Below, piece by piece: positions 1 through 13,009 of a stretch of 64,000 nucleotides of DNA; the first letter of the stretch is position 1, and every line of letters begins with the position of its first letter. The notes beneath the pieces were generated by a model. That model was not told the origin of the DNA. It was given only the letters and a program-made list of their open reading frames with translations, and did not search any database. The stretch is from Octopus vulgaris (Eukaryota), in NCBI GenBank assembly GCA_951406725.2, contig OX597821.1, forward strand, positions 35,464,001-35,528,000, written 5' to 3'. The position numbers and the translations under genes are program-made.

Positions 1-193
1 AGCAAAAATCTCGAGAAGTACGTGGAACAAATAGGGGTTGCAATACGGGTGGAGCACTTGCAGAAAACAGCACTGCTTGGAACCGCTCGAATTCTCCAGA
101 AGGTGCTCGAAAAATAATAGGTGTTCCCTTAATTCACTGGATGAAGAGCTGACACTGTAGTACATCTCCAGCATTAGAAGCTGTGCAAAAGCA

Positions 194-194
<1 letters not shown>
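1..194 (+). mobile_element. 3' end of R4/Dong-type RLE non-LTR retrotransposon (ORF end 1-117, 3'UTR, followed by (TAA)n)
   Basis: Frame 1 reads SKNLEKYVEQIGVAIRVEHLQKTALLGTARILQKVLEK*, the typical C-terminus of R4/Dong RLE domains; a (TAA)n tract follows at ~195. Confidence 0.8.
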
Positions 195-230
<36 letters not shown>

Positions 231-310
231 TAATAATAATAATAATAAGATCATGATGATGGTGATGATGATGATGATGACGATGACGATGATGATGATG
301 ATGCTGATAA
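195..310. repeat. (TAA)n/(GAT)n microsatellite
   Basis: Direct reading. Confidence 0.95.
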
Positions 311-319
311 TGTTCAAGT

Positions 320-420
320 GTGAATGTAGAACACTTACAAATATCATCATTGCTGGGAACTGCAAGAATTCTTCGCAAGATTCTTAAAGCATGATCAGTA
401 AACAAGTGTCACCTTAGTCT
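320..420 (+). mobile_element. Second R4/Dong-type 3' fragment
   Basis: NVEHLQISSLLGTARILRKILKA* followed by cagtaaacaagtgtcac, which is shared with the copy at 23854-24020. Confidence 0.7.
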
Positions 421-539
421 TAGCAAAATAAGCTGTCAGTTTTAATATTAGAATAACAATATACCCTGATGGAACACTAGGCATTGGTTCTCATAGATTC
501 AGATCTTAACTTATAGGAAGTGCTAACAAGTGCATATTT

Positions 540-1092
540 TATCTTGGTATAAGAGATGGGCCACAGGAAATATTATGTTCAATACCATGCATTTGCTTGT
601 CATTTCCTTGCCCTTACGAGTTAAGCATACTCCTTAATGGCTGATGTTATATGCATCTCTGATCACGAGCAGAAGTAGTAGGTGAGCATCATAACCATGT
701 GTTAAAAGGGGTTCTATGCAGTTTGAATAAATAAACCCTGGAAACATGTGTGTTTCGTTCATCATCCTTAAACGAGCTTTATTTAGGGACGTTTTGAGAG
801 GGATAGACTACTAACCGGAAGGAAATTGTAACTAGGTTCCTCCTGTAAAATCATGCACTGTTTTCTTTTGATATGACATCACCAAGTTATGCACATATGG
901 TTTTGATGTATGTACCTGGTGTACCCTTATCAGATTCATATTCGTTTAGAGAAAGTTGTTTTACACCTATTACACTATTTTTCTTTTGTTTTTTTGCTCG
1001 GGTCAAGCGCTTTAGTTTGACCAATTGCCGTGGGTATATTGGGCTTGGTATACTTATACTCCAGCGTCAGTTTAATGGCGTACACTACTCTC
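540..1092 (+). mobile_element. Dispersed non-coding repeat family X, copy 1 (interrupted ~934-1030), ending at a (TC)n/(AAT)n tail
   Basis: Reverse complement aligns by eye with 7521-7855 and 53003-53445 (e.g. tgcatctctgatcacgagcaga; gtacccttatca). Confidence 0.75.
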
Positions 1093-2304
1093 AGTCTCTC
1101 TCTCTCTCTCTCTCTCAATAATAATAATAACAATGGCAACACTACTACTACTACTACTAGTAGTAGTAGTAGCATATAGTGTGCAAAGTATGTGATAACA
1201 TGAATGATGCAGCCTTTCTGATAGAGGATAACCTCACAAGTAGGGCTAATCAATGAAACCTACAGATCCAGAATTAACGTGAAAATAAATGGCACGTGCC
1301 CTCTCTTATGCACTCCAATCTACATGTGCATGCTTAAAGTAGGGCCGTTCACTCTAAACAATTTTTCTACAGTACCCCAACTTCTTTACGAATTCACAGG
1401 GACGTAGCACTTCACTCTTCAACCTCTCTTTTCGTTTCACGTGGGACTTAAAAATGTCAATGGTAGCTTGACCGGAGGGAAAGGTGTCTTTCCTCAATCC
1501 TATGAATCCCAACCACCACATTCATCATAACCACTGCACAGATGAACATCACAAGCTCTGTCTTCTTAATGGTGGATGGTAGAGTGACGTCATGAAGGAT
1601 TCAGCCGATAGTCTAATTCTGCATTTGCAGAAGGCTATCCATCTCTTGTATACCTAGAAGAATTGCTGCCACCAACCACCACATGTTGCTTCCTGGAGGG
1701 ATGTCAACTATTTTGAATTTGACATATTTTCGGCGCCCGTTCAGTTTTCAGAGTTGTCGTTGAGTGTTTAAAGCTGCTTCTTCTGTATGAATCTCACCTC
1801 TACCGTACCATAATGGTTTTAGATTCACCTCATCTAATTTCTTTGGTTTCAACACAATTGTTCATAAGTAATCGTTTTATAGTTTGTCTGCTGTTGGACA
1901 GATTTTTAATTTTATGCGTCTTACTTGTGTCCACAACATTCATTTTCTCTGTTTTAATGCTTCTGCAGTGTAATAATTTCTTCTTTCATTCGGTGGACAA
2001 TGTCAGGAAAAGCAACGATGAGTGACTAGCGTGCTGTGTCTTCTTTTCTTGTGATCGTAAAGACGGAAGTGCAAAATATTGACTGGTTTCATGATGTTGC
2101 CTGGCTGCTGTTTTCATATTTGTTTCTCCCTCATTTGCCCTGTTGCTGTTGTCAATACGTTGTTTCTTTGTTTTGGTTGGCACTGGCTGTGATAGTAACG
2201 CTGGTGTAGTTGGTACGCTGGCAAAAGCTGTATCGAATATTTTTTTCTTACAACGGTGTAATAAAAACGACTAACTTCAAGAGCAGTATAAATCAAGAAG
2301 ATGG

Positions 2305-2490
2305 AGGCAGAGAAAAATTTTATGATATAATCCCCTCTATAGTATGAATATGGCCTTGTACATAGCTAAAAAAATTCCTGACATTCATAGACAACTACTT
2401 CCCCCACTGACATGAAGAAGACAAGATACTTAACAAAAATACCGTTAAAGTTAACTACAGCTGCCTCCCCTATATATAGGGGGATCCTTT
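2305..2490 (+). mobile_element. Penelope-like element fragment (RT-to-GIY-YIG linker), pseudogenised
   Basis: With one frameshift reads RQRKIL*YNPLYSMN..KFLTFIDNYFPH*HEEDKILNKNTVKVNYSCLP, matching the PLE motif WFNPPYS..FL.LID.HFP..KI.N.NTVKVSYSC.P. Confidence 0.75.
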
Positions 2491-2505
2491 TCACCATTGA
2501 GAATA

Positions 2506-2600
2506 TTCTTCTTCTTCTTCTTCTTCTTCTTCTTCTTCTTCTTCTTCTTCTTCTTCTTCGTCTTCTTCTTTTTCTTTTTCTTCTTCCTCTTCTTCTTCAT
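2506..2600. repeat. (CTT)n microsatellite
   Basis: Direct reading. Confidence 0.95.
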
Positions 2601-2604
2601 CTTA

Positions 2605-2960
2605 TGTTTATCATGTACTTTCACCGCATGGTATGTGTTGTGGTGTTCTTATTGTCACTGTTTTGAAACTGCTTTATGTAGGATGTGTGCAGTGCCTAGT
2701 AGTGCTATTTTCTGCTTGTTATATGCACTTGTATGTCCTGGTGTTTTCGTTATACATTTGAAAGATTTCTGTCATACCTAACGCGTCTACTATTATACCA
2801 ATTGTTTCTGTTTTCAGGCTCCACTTTCGAGTTACCTCTATTTCCAGATCATTGTATTTTGAAAGTTTCTCTTTTTCTTTTAGAAAAATGTTGTCATCTG
2901 TTGGTATACATACATCGGTTAGAAGGCGTCTTTCTTCTTAATAATCTCTGTTATATCCGG
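2605..2960 (-). mobile_element. Degraded R4/Dong RLE 3' end (same family as 17412-18060)
   Basis: Shares gtaggatgtgtgcagtgcctagtagtgc and downstream blocks with 17530-17820; minus strand reads QKIALLGTAHIL. Confidence 0.75.
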
Positions 2961-2963
2961 TGA

Positions 2964-3084
2964 TTTTTCTTCTTCTTCTTCTTCCTCTTCTTCTTCTTCT
3001 TCTTTTTCTTCTTCTTCTTTTTCTTCTTCTTCTTCTTCTTTTTCTTCTTCTTTTTCTTCTTCTTTTCCTCCTCTTCTTCTTCTT

Positions 3085-3156
<72 letters not shown>
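2964..3156. repeat. (CTT)n-(TTA)n compound microsatellite
   Basis: Direct reading. Confidence 0.95.
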
Positions 3157-4012
3157 GAGAAGACGGTGAGCTGGCAGAATCTGTATCACACTGGGCATAA
3201 TGTTTGGTGATATTTTGTCCCATTTGGTCACGTTATTATCTGAAGAAGCATATGCCTCTCCAAATTTTCCTTTGCAGCCTCTGCTTTGCATAGAACATAT
3301 ACAACTTACCGTTTTTCAGGATTCAATGACAGAAATGTGAGATTTTGCGGACCAGTGACTCTGACCACCATTTATAGGAGTAATAACGTTAATTATGCAA
3401 AATCTTTTGGGCTACGAATATGTAATGATAATCCTATATGTATTATATAGTTCCGTGAGTTATCTTCATTAATTTCTCTATAAAATTGTTTTTTTTTTCT
3501 GCTGGTGAGGGGAGAATTTAGCATGAATATTCCATGACGAAATTTAAGAATTCGGCCTCGTCTCCGGCAAAGAGAGAGGTAGGGAGGCAAGACTCCATAT
3601 AGACACATTGGTTTATAGCTTATTTCATCGTATCAAGTTCCAATATTTTGACAATGTATAATCGCATAGAAATTAATATACGCGCAGCTTAGGAATTATT
3701 CTTCCCATTTTAATTACTGCTGTACATAAGCTTTTATTGCAATATAACGAATATATGAAAATAGCCATTAATTTGTTTTGAAGAGTAATATTATGAAGAA
3801 TAGTATGAAACCAAAGCAATGAATCCAAAGCAATCTGGTATATGGAAAATATTAGATATTGTCTATTTCGGATTAAACTGGTCCGAAAAGCAAACTGAAA
3901 ATTTCATTAATATTTACAGAATTTATGTCAACTTAAACCAAAATCTTTGCAATCTACCATAAAACTCTACAGATACACACAAAAGCATTAAACAGATATA
4001 TATTACCATAAT

Positions 4013-4249
4013 AAGGCGGCGAGCTGGCAGAATCGTTAGCATGCTTTGCGGTATTTCGTCCGCGGTATTTCGTCCGCCGCTGCGTTCTGAGTTCAAATTC
4101 CGCCGAGGTCGACTTTGCCTTTCATCCTTTTGGGGTCGATAAATTAAGTACCAGTTACACACTGGGGTCGTTGTAATTGACTTAATTCGTTTGTCTGTCT
4201 TTGTTTGTCCCCTCTATGTTTAGCCCCTTGTGGGTAATAAGAAAACATT
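4013..4249 (+). mobile_element. tRNA-derived SINE family A, full length, with 12-bp target-site duplication (TSD)
   Basis: Head aaggcggcgagctggcagaatcgttagc, B-box-like gagttcaaattcc, conserved core gactttgcctttcatccttt.ggggtcgataaattaagtacc; TSD tattaccataat at 4001-4012 and 4250-4261; several other copies in the window. Confidence 0.85.
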
Positions 4250-4842
4250 TATTACCATAATCGTATATGTTTCGGTCTAGCACTCCAGTACGATCGAAGA
4301 ATGCTATGAAATACACGACAGAAGCATAGCAAATCTATTATAAGTTCCAATCTTGTTACGTCATACGTAGTGAATATAAAATATTATTCCGTGCTATCAC
4401 GTTGTGTATTAGTTAGTCACTCACATATGCATTCAGTATAATATAGTGTAAAATAATATCAATGTATTTAAGATTAAAATGTTTATGAAAGTATATATCA
4501 TAAAATGAGAATATAAATGGATACAGTGTGCTTATACGGTTGCCGAGTGAGATTGAGTAAATATAGAGAAATCATTCTCTTTTCCTGTTTCCCCTTCACT
4601 ACTTTCCCTTTTATGAAACATCGCTCAGGTTTTCAAGGACTATCTACTTATATAATCAATTATTACTCCTTCTTATAATATATATACACGTGTATGTGTG
4701 TGTGTGTATGTATATATGTATGTATGTTTGTATGTATGTATGTATGTGTGTATGTGTATATGCATGTGTAAATATATATGTGTATAAATATAAATATATA
4801 TTACATAGTAATATATGTATATATATGTATGTATATATATAT

Positions 4843-4958
4843 GACCTGCTCGCTTAGCCAGCGGGGTGGCGTCATTTGAAGGCTAAAACAATGCGAAGCG
4901 CATTGTTACCAGCGATGTGTAACAACATCTGATAGCCTGGTCGGTCACGGTGATCACG

Positions 4959-4962
<4 letters not shown>
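4843..4962. repeat. Short GC-richer repeat fragment embedded in (TA)n, probably a SINE 3' part
   Basis: GC-richer island between TA tracts ending in tandem tcacggtga; identity from memory only. Confidence 0.35.
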
Positions 4963-5003
<41 letters not shown>

Positions 5004-5006
5004 AGC

Positions 5007-5089
<83 letters not shown>

Positions 5090-5411
5090 GCACCTAAACA
5101 TAATTATCTTCAAATCAGAATGATATTGTGAGTTACATAAGTTGATAAAAATAGAGTAGCGAAAATAAAAGATCGAATGACGTAGTGACTGGCAGAAAAA
5201 CGAAGATAGAGATAGAGAGAGGAAAAGCGAGAGAGGGAAACAGAGAAAGAGAGAGAGAGTGGGGGGAGATGGGGATGAGTGAAAGAGATATAGAGAACGA
5301 AATGAAAAAAAAAACCCAGCGCATATGTGTTACTATATATAGTAGATGCTACTTTGAATATAAGGCGGTAGAATCTTCAATTTGATAATAATACTAATAC
5401 TAATAATGATG

Positions 5412-5490
<79 letters not shown>

Positions 5491-6114
5491 GAAGAAGAAG
5501 AAGAAGAAGAAGAACAAGAAGAAGAAGAAGAAGAAGAATATAGCAAGTGGGGTTATCCTTTAGAAACTGAATGCAAATTCAGATGGACCTATCTTGTTTT
5601 CCATCATATTCCATCGTGTTGCATATTCTTGTATTTTATTTTTTCAAAACGATAACATCATTCGAAAGTCGAAATACCTTGAAGCGTCATGAAAACTGAA
5701 GGTAATATTAATGAATTTATTACAAGCGACAACCTAAGAAACTTCGCAACTAAAGCAGTCGGTACACACAGCAGTAGATTTCCAATACATTTTGCAACTG
5801 CTTCAGCTGCTGCCTCTGCTGCTGCTTCTACTGTTGTTGCAGCGACTTGTAGCTTTACTTTCAAACAACAGGTAATAGCATCGACAGTATGGCACCAAAG
5901 GAGAAATGTCATTTTAACTACATCGATCATATCAGGCCGCCATACGAAATCTGCGATGCCAGCGACAACAGAGACATGCGACATAGAGCCATGGCGACAG
6001 TGTGCATGGCATCGGTTACAATTTTTAACGACTTTATTATTTAATTATTTGCCTTTATGTATTTAAAACGGGTCCTTTTTAATTGGTAATTCTTCTAGAC
6101 TCCGCCACCACCTC

Positions 6115-6254
6115 TATTTGTTGTTGCTGTTGTTGTCGTCCTCATTGTTATTGTTATTGTTGTTGTTGTTGTTGTTCTTCTTCTTCTTCTTCTTCTTCTT
6201 CTACTTTCTTATTCTACTTCTTTCTTCTACATCTACCACTACTGTTGCTGCAGT

Positions 6255-6292
<38 letters not shown>

Positions 6293-6474
6293 TTACTACT
6301 ACTACTACCACTACTACTACTACTACTACTGCTACTACTACTACTGCTACTACTACTACTGCTACTACTACTAATTATCATTATTATTAGTAGTAGTAGT
6401 ATTTGTAGTAGTAGTAATAGCAGAAGTAGAAGTGGCATTAGTAATAGTATTATAACAGCAGTAGCAGCAGCAGA

Positions 6475-6521
<47 letters not shown>

Positions 6522-6537
6522 TAGTAGTAGTAGCAGC

Positions 6538-6623
<86 letters not shown>

Positions 6624-6639
6624 CAGTAGTAGTAGTAGT

Positions 6640-6719
<80 letters not shown>

Positions 6720-6740
6720 CAGCAGCAGTAGTAGTAGCAG
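6115..6740. repeat. Compound trinucleotide array (TTG/CTT/CTA then TAG/CAG)
   Basis: Direct reading; source of the poly-L/T/V/S pseudo-ORFs. Confidence 0.95.
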
Positions 6741-6741
6741 T

Positions 6742-6960
6742 AAGGCGGCGAGCTGACATAATCTTCAGTTCAGCATGCCGTGATAAATGCTTAGTGGCAT
6801 TTTCGTCCTCTTCTAATTTCTAAGATCAAATTCCAGCGAAGTCGACTTTGCCTTTAATCTTTTAATCAGAACAAATAAGTTGCAATTGAGCACTGGGCTC
6901 GATGTAATCGACTATCACCCTCTGCCAAAATTCCAGGCCTTGTGTCTATAGTAGAGAGGA
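6742..6960 (+). mobile_element. SINE family A, diverged copy
   Basis: aaggcggcgagctg head, gtcgactttgccttt core, gatgtaatcgact. Confidence 0.75.
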
Positions 6961-6979
6961 TTATTATTACTATTATTAT

Positions 6980-7390
6980 TCAGTAGTCTTATTTCTATAA
7001 CATGCTTTCACCGCACTACCGAGCGTAGGTCCGTGTGCCTTGGGCATGTGCTGTATTTTGTTGTGATGCTCTTATAATTAATGTATTGAATGTGTTTTAC
7101 GTAGGATGTGTGCGGTGCCTAGTAGTGCTATTTTATGTATATTATATATACTTGTTCGTCCTGGTACTTTTGTTACGTATTTGTCAGAAGATTTTTATCA
7201 TATTTAATATGCCGACAATTGTAGGAGTTGCTTCTGTTTTGAGGCTCCACATTCGAGTTACCTCTATTTCCAGATTTCTTTTAGAGAAACGTTATCATCT
7301 GTTGGTATTGATACATTACTTAGAAATCACTTCTTTTTCCTCATGATCTCTGACAACTATATCTGGCCTATTGGCCTTAATTTCTTCTCC
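6980..7390 (-). mobile_element. Degraded R4/Dong RLE 3' end with (TAA)n tail
   Basis: Colinear with 17412-17840 (cagtagt..catgctttcac..ctaccgagcg; catgatctctgacaactatatctgg). Confidence 0.8.
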
Positions 7391-7398
7391 TCCTTCTT

Positions 7399-7489
<91 letters not shown>

Positions 7490-7520
7490 TCCTCCTCCTC
7501 CTCCTCCTCCTTCTTCTTGA

Positions 7521-7855
7521 CTGAGAGAGCTGTGCATGCCATCAAAGTGTTATGGAGTAAAATATACGAAGCCTAGTATATACATCATGACTACCCGTCT
7601 GATAAGAGTACACTAGACACATGCGCCACAACCATATGTGCACGACGTGGTGATCTCATACCAAGATACACAGCGCATGATCTGCAGGTGGTGCCCAGTT
7701 AGAATTTTCTTCAGGTTGAGTAACCCATCCCGCTCAATGGCTCCATGAATAAGGATTGTTTAAGGATGTTGAACAACACACCTATGTTTCCATAGGTAAA
7801 CTATCCAAACCCCAAAGAATTCCTCTCAGCACATGGCTATGACGACACTATATTG
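7521..7855 (-). mobile_element. Repeat family X, copy 2
   Basis: Aligns with 53003-53330; abuts the (TTA)/(CTC) tract on its left. Confidence 0.75.
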
Positions 7856-7865
7856 CCTCTTTGTA

Positions 7866-8460
7866 TTATAAGCTTACCAAAATTTTTATTCCCAATTCCA
7901 TTTCGATATCCTTACTGAATATCTGCACTGTTGAAACTAGGTCATTTATTTCACGCTCGATCTTTCCAGAGATCTTTAAATCATGCATATATAACAAATG
8001 ATTTAATTTTCCCCCACTTTTTAAGGTGTACCCCGATGCCACTTTTCGTAGTATCCGTCTGAGGGGTATCATACACACCACAAACAGCAATGGTGACAGG
8101 CAATCTCCTTGAAATATGTCTCTCTTGATGTTAACTGTCGCCAAAAGTTGTTCACACGAAGTTAACCCTGTATTCCAGTTATTATTGATCTAATAAAATT
8201 TGATAAGTTATCAGACGCCTGTACCAGCTCAAGACTTTCTAAAATCCAGGAATGGAGGATCATGTCACACGCTTTCTCATAATCGATCCACTCCATTCCC
8301 AGATAAGTAAGTCTTTCCTTGCTGTCGTTCAGTACCATTCTGTCTACCAGGAGTTGGTATTTTGTCCCTCGGCTTTTCTTTCTGCACTCTTTCTGTTCCA
8401 CTGGCAATTTGTCATTCACTTCCAGGAACTTATACACATAATTAGATATTATTCCTGTCA
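7866..8460 (-). pseudogene. Reverse transcriptase fragment of R4/Dong-type LINE
   Basis: ORFs give EQKECRKKSRGTKYQLLVD, WIDYEKACDMILHSWI, IFQGDCLSPLLF and LNHLLYMHDLK (degenerate YMDD), with frameshifts. Confidence 0.85.
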
Positions 8461-8496
8461 AATCATCATCATCATCGTCATTATCATCATCATTCA

Positions 8497-9275
8497 TTTG
8501 ACTCATGTTCGGTCTTATTCCTGGCAGGATTTATGTGGGTTGCGTGTTATTACCCCTAACCTTAGGTATCCACTTGTTTTCATTAGTCTTTCAAGTGCTT
8601 ACAACAATCCCGATAATCTATCTACTCCCTAAGAGATATACTTTCAGTAGAAACTCTACAGGACATATTATTCTGTTCTCACTCAACCATTTGTTTATAT
8701 TTGCTTACAGTTCACAAAGCACCAATTATTACAGGTACAAACTTTAGTTTTCATAATCAAATTTTTTGCAGTTTCAAATTTTAAGGGATTGTATATTTTT
8801 TTTGTTTAAGATCCTGGAATCAAATGCATATGATGTGTCACTTAGTATCACTTCGCTTTTCCTTGTCTATTATCGTTATGTCTGGTCTATTATATTCTAC
8901 CTTTATGTCCAATCGGATAGGAAAGTCCCACAACTCTTACAAAATCTTTCAATTACAGCAATCTTTCGACCCAGTGTTCGTACCACGTGTCTCATTTTCA
9001 AATCTCCATTTCTGACAAAGCTTCCAGTGTGAAATTTTACAACTTGGTCATGCTTCCATTTCTTATATTATTCCTGTGCCAACTTGGGACATTCTGCAAA
9101 AATGTGTGTCACTGTCTCCTTCCAAGATGCAGAGACACTATATTTTTTGACACATTTTCCCCACATATCTTTTTTCTCAAGTTGTTTGTTTTTATCACAT
9201 GATCCTTGGCTGCTACACTTAAACTCTTTGTTTATTTTTTATTGTCTTGTTTTTATCCAAGCCCTTGGTTATTTG
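8497..9275 (-). mobile_element. Degraded R4/Dong zinc-knuckle + RLE 3' half, ending in (GAT)n
   Basis: Manual translation: ETVTHIFAECPKLAQE*YKKWKHDQV, HWKLCQKW, WDFPI..VEYNRPDITIIDKEKR, VPVIIGAL. Confidence 0.75.
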
Positions 9276-9318
9276 ATTATTAGCACTTGCGTCCTTTGAT
9301 AGGGACTCTTCAGATAAG
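9276..9318 (-). ncRNA. Degenerate minimal type I hammerhead motif
   Basis: Minus strand: cttat CTGAAGA GTCC ctatcaaa GGAC GCAA gtgc TA ataat; GAAA is mutated to GCAA. Confidence 0.5.
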
Positions 9319-9501
9319 TTTTACAAAAAATGTCTTTACCTTTTTATACAAACCGAGAAGAGGTTGCTGTTTTGTTTGGTTAAGAAAATTCTTCTCTCTC
9401 CTTCTCTCCTCCTCTCCTCCCTTCCTTCTCTTTTCTCCATTTCTAAACAAAACAACAATCTCTTTTCGACTTGTATAAAAACTACGAAATTTTCAGTAAA
9501 A

Positions 9502-9544
9502 CTTATCTGAAGAATCTCCATGAATGGACGAAAGCGCTTATAAG
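9502..9544 (+). ncRNA. Minimal type I hammerhead ribozyme motif
   Basis: cttat CTGAAGA atcTCCA tgaa TGGAc GAAA gcgc TT ataag: stem I cttat/ataag, stem II, palindromic GCGC loop III. Confidence 0.65.
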
Positions 9545-10214
9545 CAATTATTCAAAATTCTGCTTTCTCCTTTTCCTTAATATACAATATCTGTACATCA
9601 CTTCAAACACTACATACATACATGCATACATACATACGTACACACACATACATACATACATACATACGTATATGTATGTATGTGTGTATGTAGGTATATA
9701 TATATATATATGTATGTATGCGTGTGTATATGTACGTATACACTGTCAATTGACGTTTTCATGACTGTCATCTCATAAATAGAAATCTACCTGTCTGATA
9801 AGCAGTGGTGGTAGAGCTGTGCATCTTCTCTGCGTATATCCCAGGTCAGTCAGATAATGCCTTCTGAAAGATTATTTTCTTAACACACATCACGCTTCTT
9901 TCCTTGTGTGCTTACTGGTTTCATATTTTTACTACCCGGATTACTGCTTTCTAGAAAATAGAGTCTCACTTCACCACTGTAGGTAATATATTGTTATTTT
10001 GCATCACGGCTAACCTTCTTTCGTAGTCATTTTGTGAAAGTTTTACTGTCGTGACAATCCAGATTTGAGTGGGATATGTGACTAAATTTTCTAACGTTTC
10101 ATTCCAGGCGCGTAGCTTAGTGGTTAGGGTGCTGGACCGTAAGATTTTTCAATATTTACATTGTTTAGATTATTTACATTCGACGGATATTTGTCCTCAT
10201 CTTGTTTGCTGTTA

Positions 10215-10258
10215 ACACAACGTTTCGACTGATAAACCCTCTAGCCTTCTTCAGGTGT
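10215..10258 (-). ncRNA. Minimal hammerhead-like motif (PLE pLTR type)
   Basis: Minus strand: acac CTGAAGA a ggcta...cagtc GAAA cg TT gtgt; stem I acac/gtgt; stem II imperfect. Confidence 0.5.
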
Positions 10259-12410
10259 CTTAGATTTCGAAATGTTTTAAGTCCAAATCTTTTAGTGTAT
10301 ATATGTTTTTTATGGTATAGGATCAAGTTTTGATAGGCTATACTTTTGATGACGCCTTTTTCCTTTTCTCGTGGATGTTTTGGCTAAAATATTTTTGTTT
10401 TGGCAAAGTCTAGAGTTTTGGTTGGTTGGCTTCGTGGTAGCATCCATTTCTTATTGATCACAGCGAAGGAACAAATTCTAATTGTTTTAGGCTTCACGGC
10501 ATCACTTTGGATAAAATATTTTTATTTTGGCAAAGTTCAGCGTTCTGCTTAGTTGACTTCCTGGTAGGTAGGAACTCGCTAACTTACTTTTGCTTAATGG
10601 TCATCTAGCGTTCCGGTTGGTTGGTTCCCTCAGGAAGTCCCTATAGGTATTTTTCCCTCAGAGTCCGGTTTTGATCAGACAAAAATTTCATTAGCTTGGT
10701 CTGAGGTGACATCAGCAATCGGTGTTTGAGAAGGTGTATGGTGTTATTTTATAGTAATTTGGAGTTGGGGTTTCGAATCTTCGAGGAAGCCTATTACTTA
10801 AACTTTTCGAATTTTATCTGTTATCCCTGGTCGTTCTTGTGGATAAAATGTGTTTTCTCTTTCTGCTATGTTATTATGAGATATTTAGCAGTGGTTTGTA
10901 CTTCATAATGAACATAATTTCCTTATTCAATCGTAATTGGGTTATATATATATATTTATTTATCTATAACGCCACCAATCAAATTTAGATAAAAATAACT
11001 TTATTGTTTTAAAAGCAAAATATATTTATCTTAGCTTTCAAATAACAAAAGTTTATATCGAAAATGTTGTGAGGTAAAATATCATGAAAAAATTTAAATA
11101 TAATTAACTTTTTTTTTATTTTAAAAACAAACTGCATTTTAATTAAGCTTAAATGATAGAGCTCAATTCAAAGAATTTCATGGTATCAATCTCATGCAAG
11201 GAAGTTTTAAAAGAAAAAAGTTGAGTGTTTGTTCCTCAAATTTGAGGTTGATTATATAGTTCTATACTTTTTTATGAATAGAAGTCTATAAGGGGGGCTT
11301 TTCATATATGTCACTAGCGTCATTGAGATAAGGAAAAAATTATCAACGGCACCACTAATTGAAACATTTGACACATTATTAATTAGCATAATAGCATAGC
11401 CTGGAAATAACATGGATTACGTGGGAAAATGCGAGCAAGAGAAATAAAATTCTTAAGATTATAAACATGGAAAATTACAGGAAACGTTGTTACACATGGA
11501 AAGATTCAGGAGAACTTATTACATCTGGTAAAGTACAGAACAAGAAAAATTTACTTAAAATATTGCAGCTGGAATAAAATTTGAAAATTTAAAATTATTT
11601 GATTTTAATTTACAATGTAACCAGTAATGTCTGCAATTTCAGACTGTATCTTCCGCTGCATCTGTGGGTCTTCCTACTGAGATGTGGCTTATCTCGTGCA
11701 GATTCCTTCGAAATCACTTATCATTGTTCCCTTCCATTTCTCCCCATAGTGTTTCCACTAATACTACACCAGCAGCATTATTATCACCGCCGCCATTACC
11801 CTCATCACAAATCCCGCTTTAATATCTATATTCACTTAATTGGCTTAGAACCTCATGATTCTAGCAATCCCTTTGTATTCATGTTTGTTCAGTACTCGTG
11901 GCCTGACCTTTCTTGAATGGCCTATATCTAAGATGACGATTCATATAACTTGACAGATGATAGCCGTCTCAAATTTTAGTGAGACACCAACGGATCACTA
12001 AATTTAAATCACAGAAGTTTGTACATTTTTTTCACTCTGTCGGTGGCCATATTAGTGTCCAGTGACAGATATTGCAAGATGTCCGCTACTATTTTGACAA
12101 CCAGTTTTATGCTACGGTATTATTCTCTTAAAAGAGCTGCCTTCCCCGACGGATTGTCAAAAGTAAAGGCCATTTCCTCTACTCCTGAGGAATCTCTTTA
12201 TCACATAGTTGGGACGCTGAGAAGTAGTACAGTTCCGAATTTGAACGAACCTGCAAGTAATTGTTAATGGGGTGCGAATCCACACTCGCCATAACCTCAG
12301 CACTCACAAACTGGAACCTCACCACCAAATACGCTTTAATATCATACCCATAGCATATATCTTAGATATATGCCCGAATACATATATACATACATACATA
12401 TACATATGTG

Positions 12411-12454
<44 letters not shown>

Positions 12455-12463
12455 TACATATAC

Positions 12464-12500
<37 letters not shown>

Positions 12501-12513
12501 TATAAATATACAT

Positions 12514-12578
<65 letters not shown>

Positions 12579-12614
12579 ACTTTCATATAGAGGCAGAAGG
12601 AGAGAAAGAGAGAC

Positions 12615-12665
<51 letters not shown>

Positions 12666-13009
12666 ATTCCTCCAGACCAAACCGTTAAAATATATATTGA
12701 TTTTTGTTTGTCAATGTACGATACTGAATATATCTGTGAGAGTATAATGTACCAGCAGTCACTAAACAACACTTGCATTGACCTGAAAGAAGCAGAAGCC
12801 AAATTTATCACATATCGCATTTTTTAATAATATTAAAAACGAACGATACATTCGATAATTTACTCCTAAATAACATATTACGACTGAAAATATAATGAGG
12901 TAGTCATGTTTGTTCATAGGTCAGCTGGAGTTAAACATTATCTTGTATTTTCATTTTTCATTCGTCCATATTAATACATATACAACACGCGATAAATGAT
13001 ATTTGTATT

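Noticed and set aside
2305-2490. In-frame TGA codons in the PLE fragment as possible selenocysteine
   Set aside because: They fall at Trp or non-Cys positions in a frameshifted relic; ordinary decay.
5658-6066. Overlapping 108-aa and 125-aa ORFs
   Set aside because: Low-complexity GCT-rich core, no recognisable domain or convincing splice structure.
6083-6823. Long ORFs (246 aa and overlapping) and similar ones at 15460-16283, 26080-26917 and 31787-32488
   Set aside because: Stop-free translations of tri- and dinucleotide repeats; no protein signal.
10265-10910. Possible PLE coding relic upstream of the 10215 hammerhead (minus strand)
   Set aside because: Only a weak LDFAKTKI-like hint; too degraded to support.
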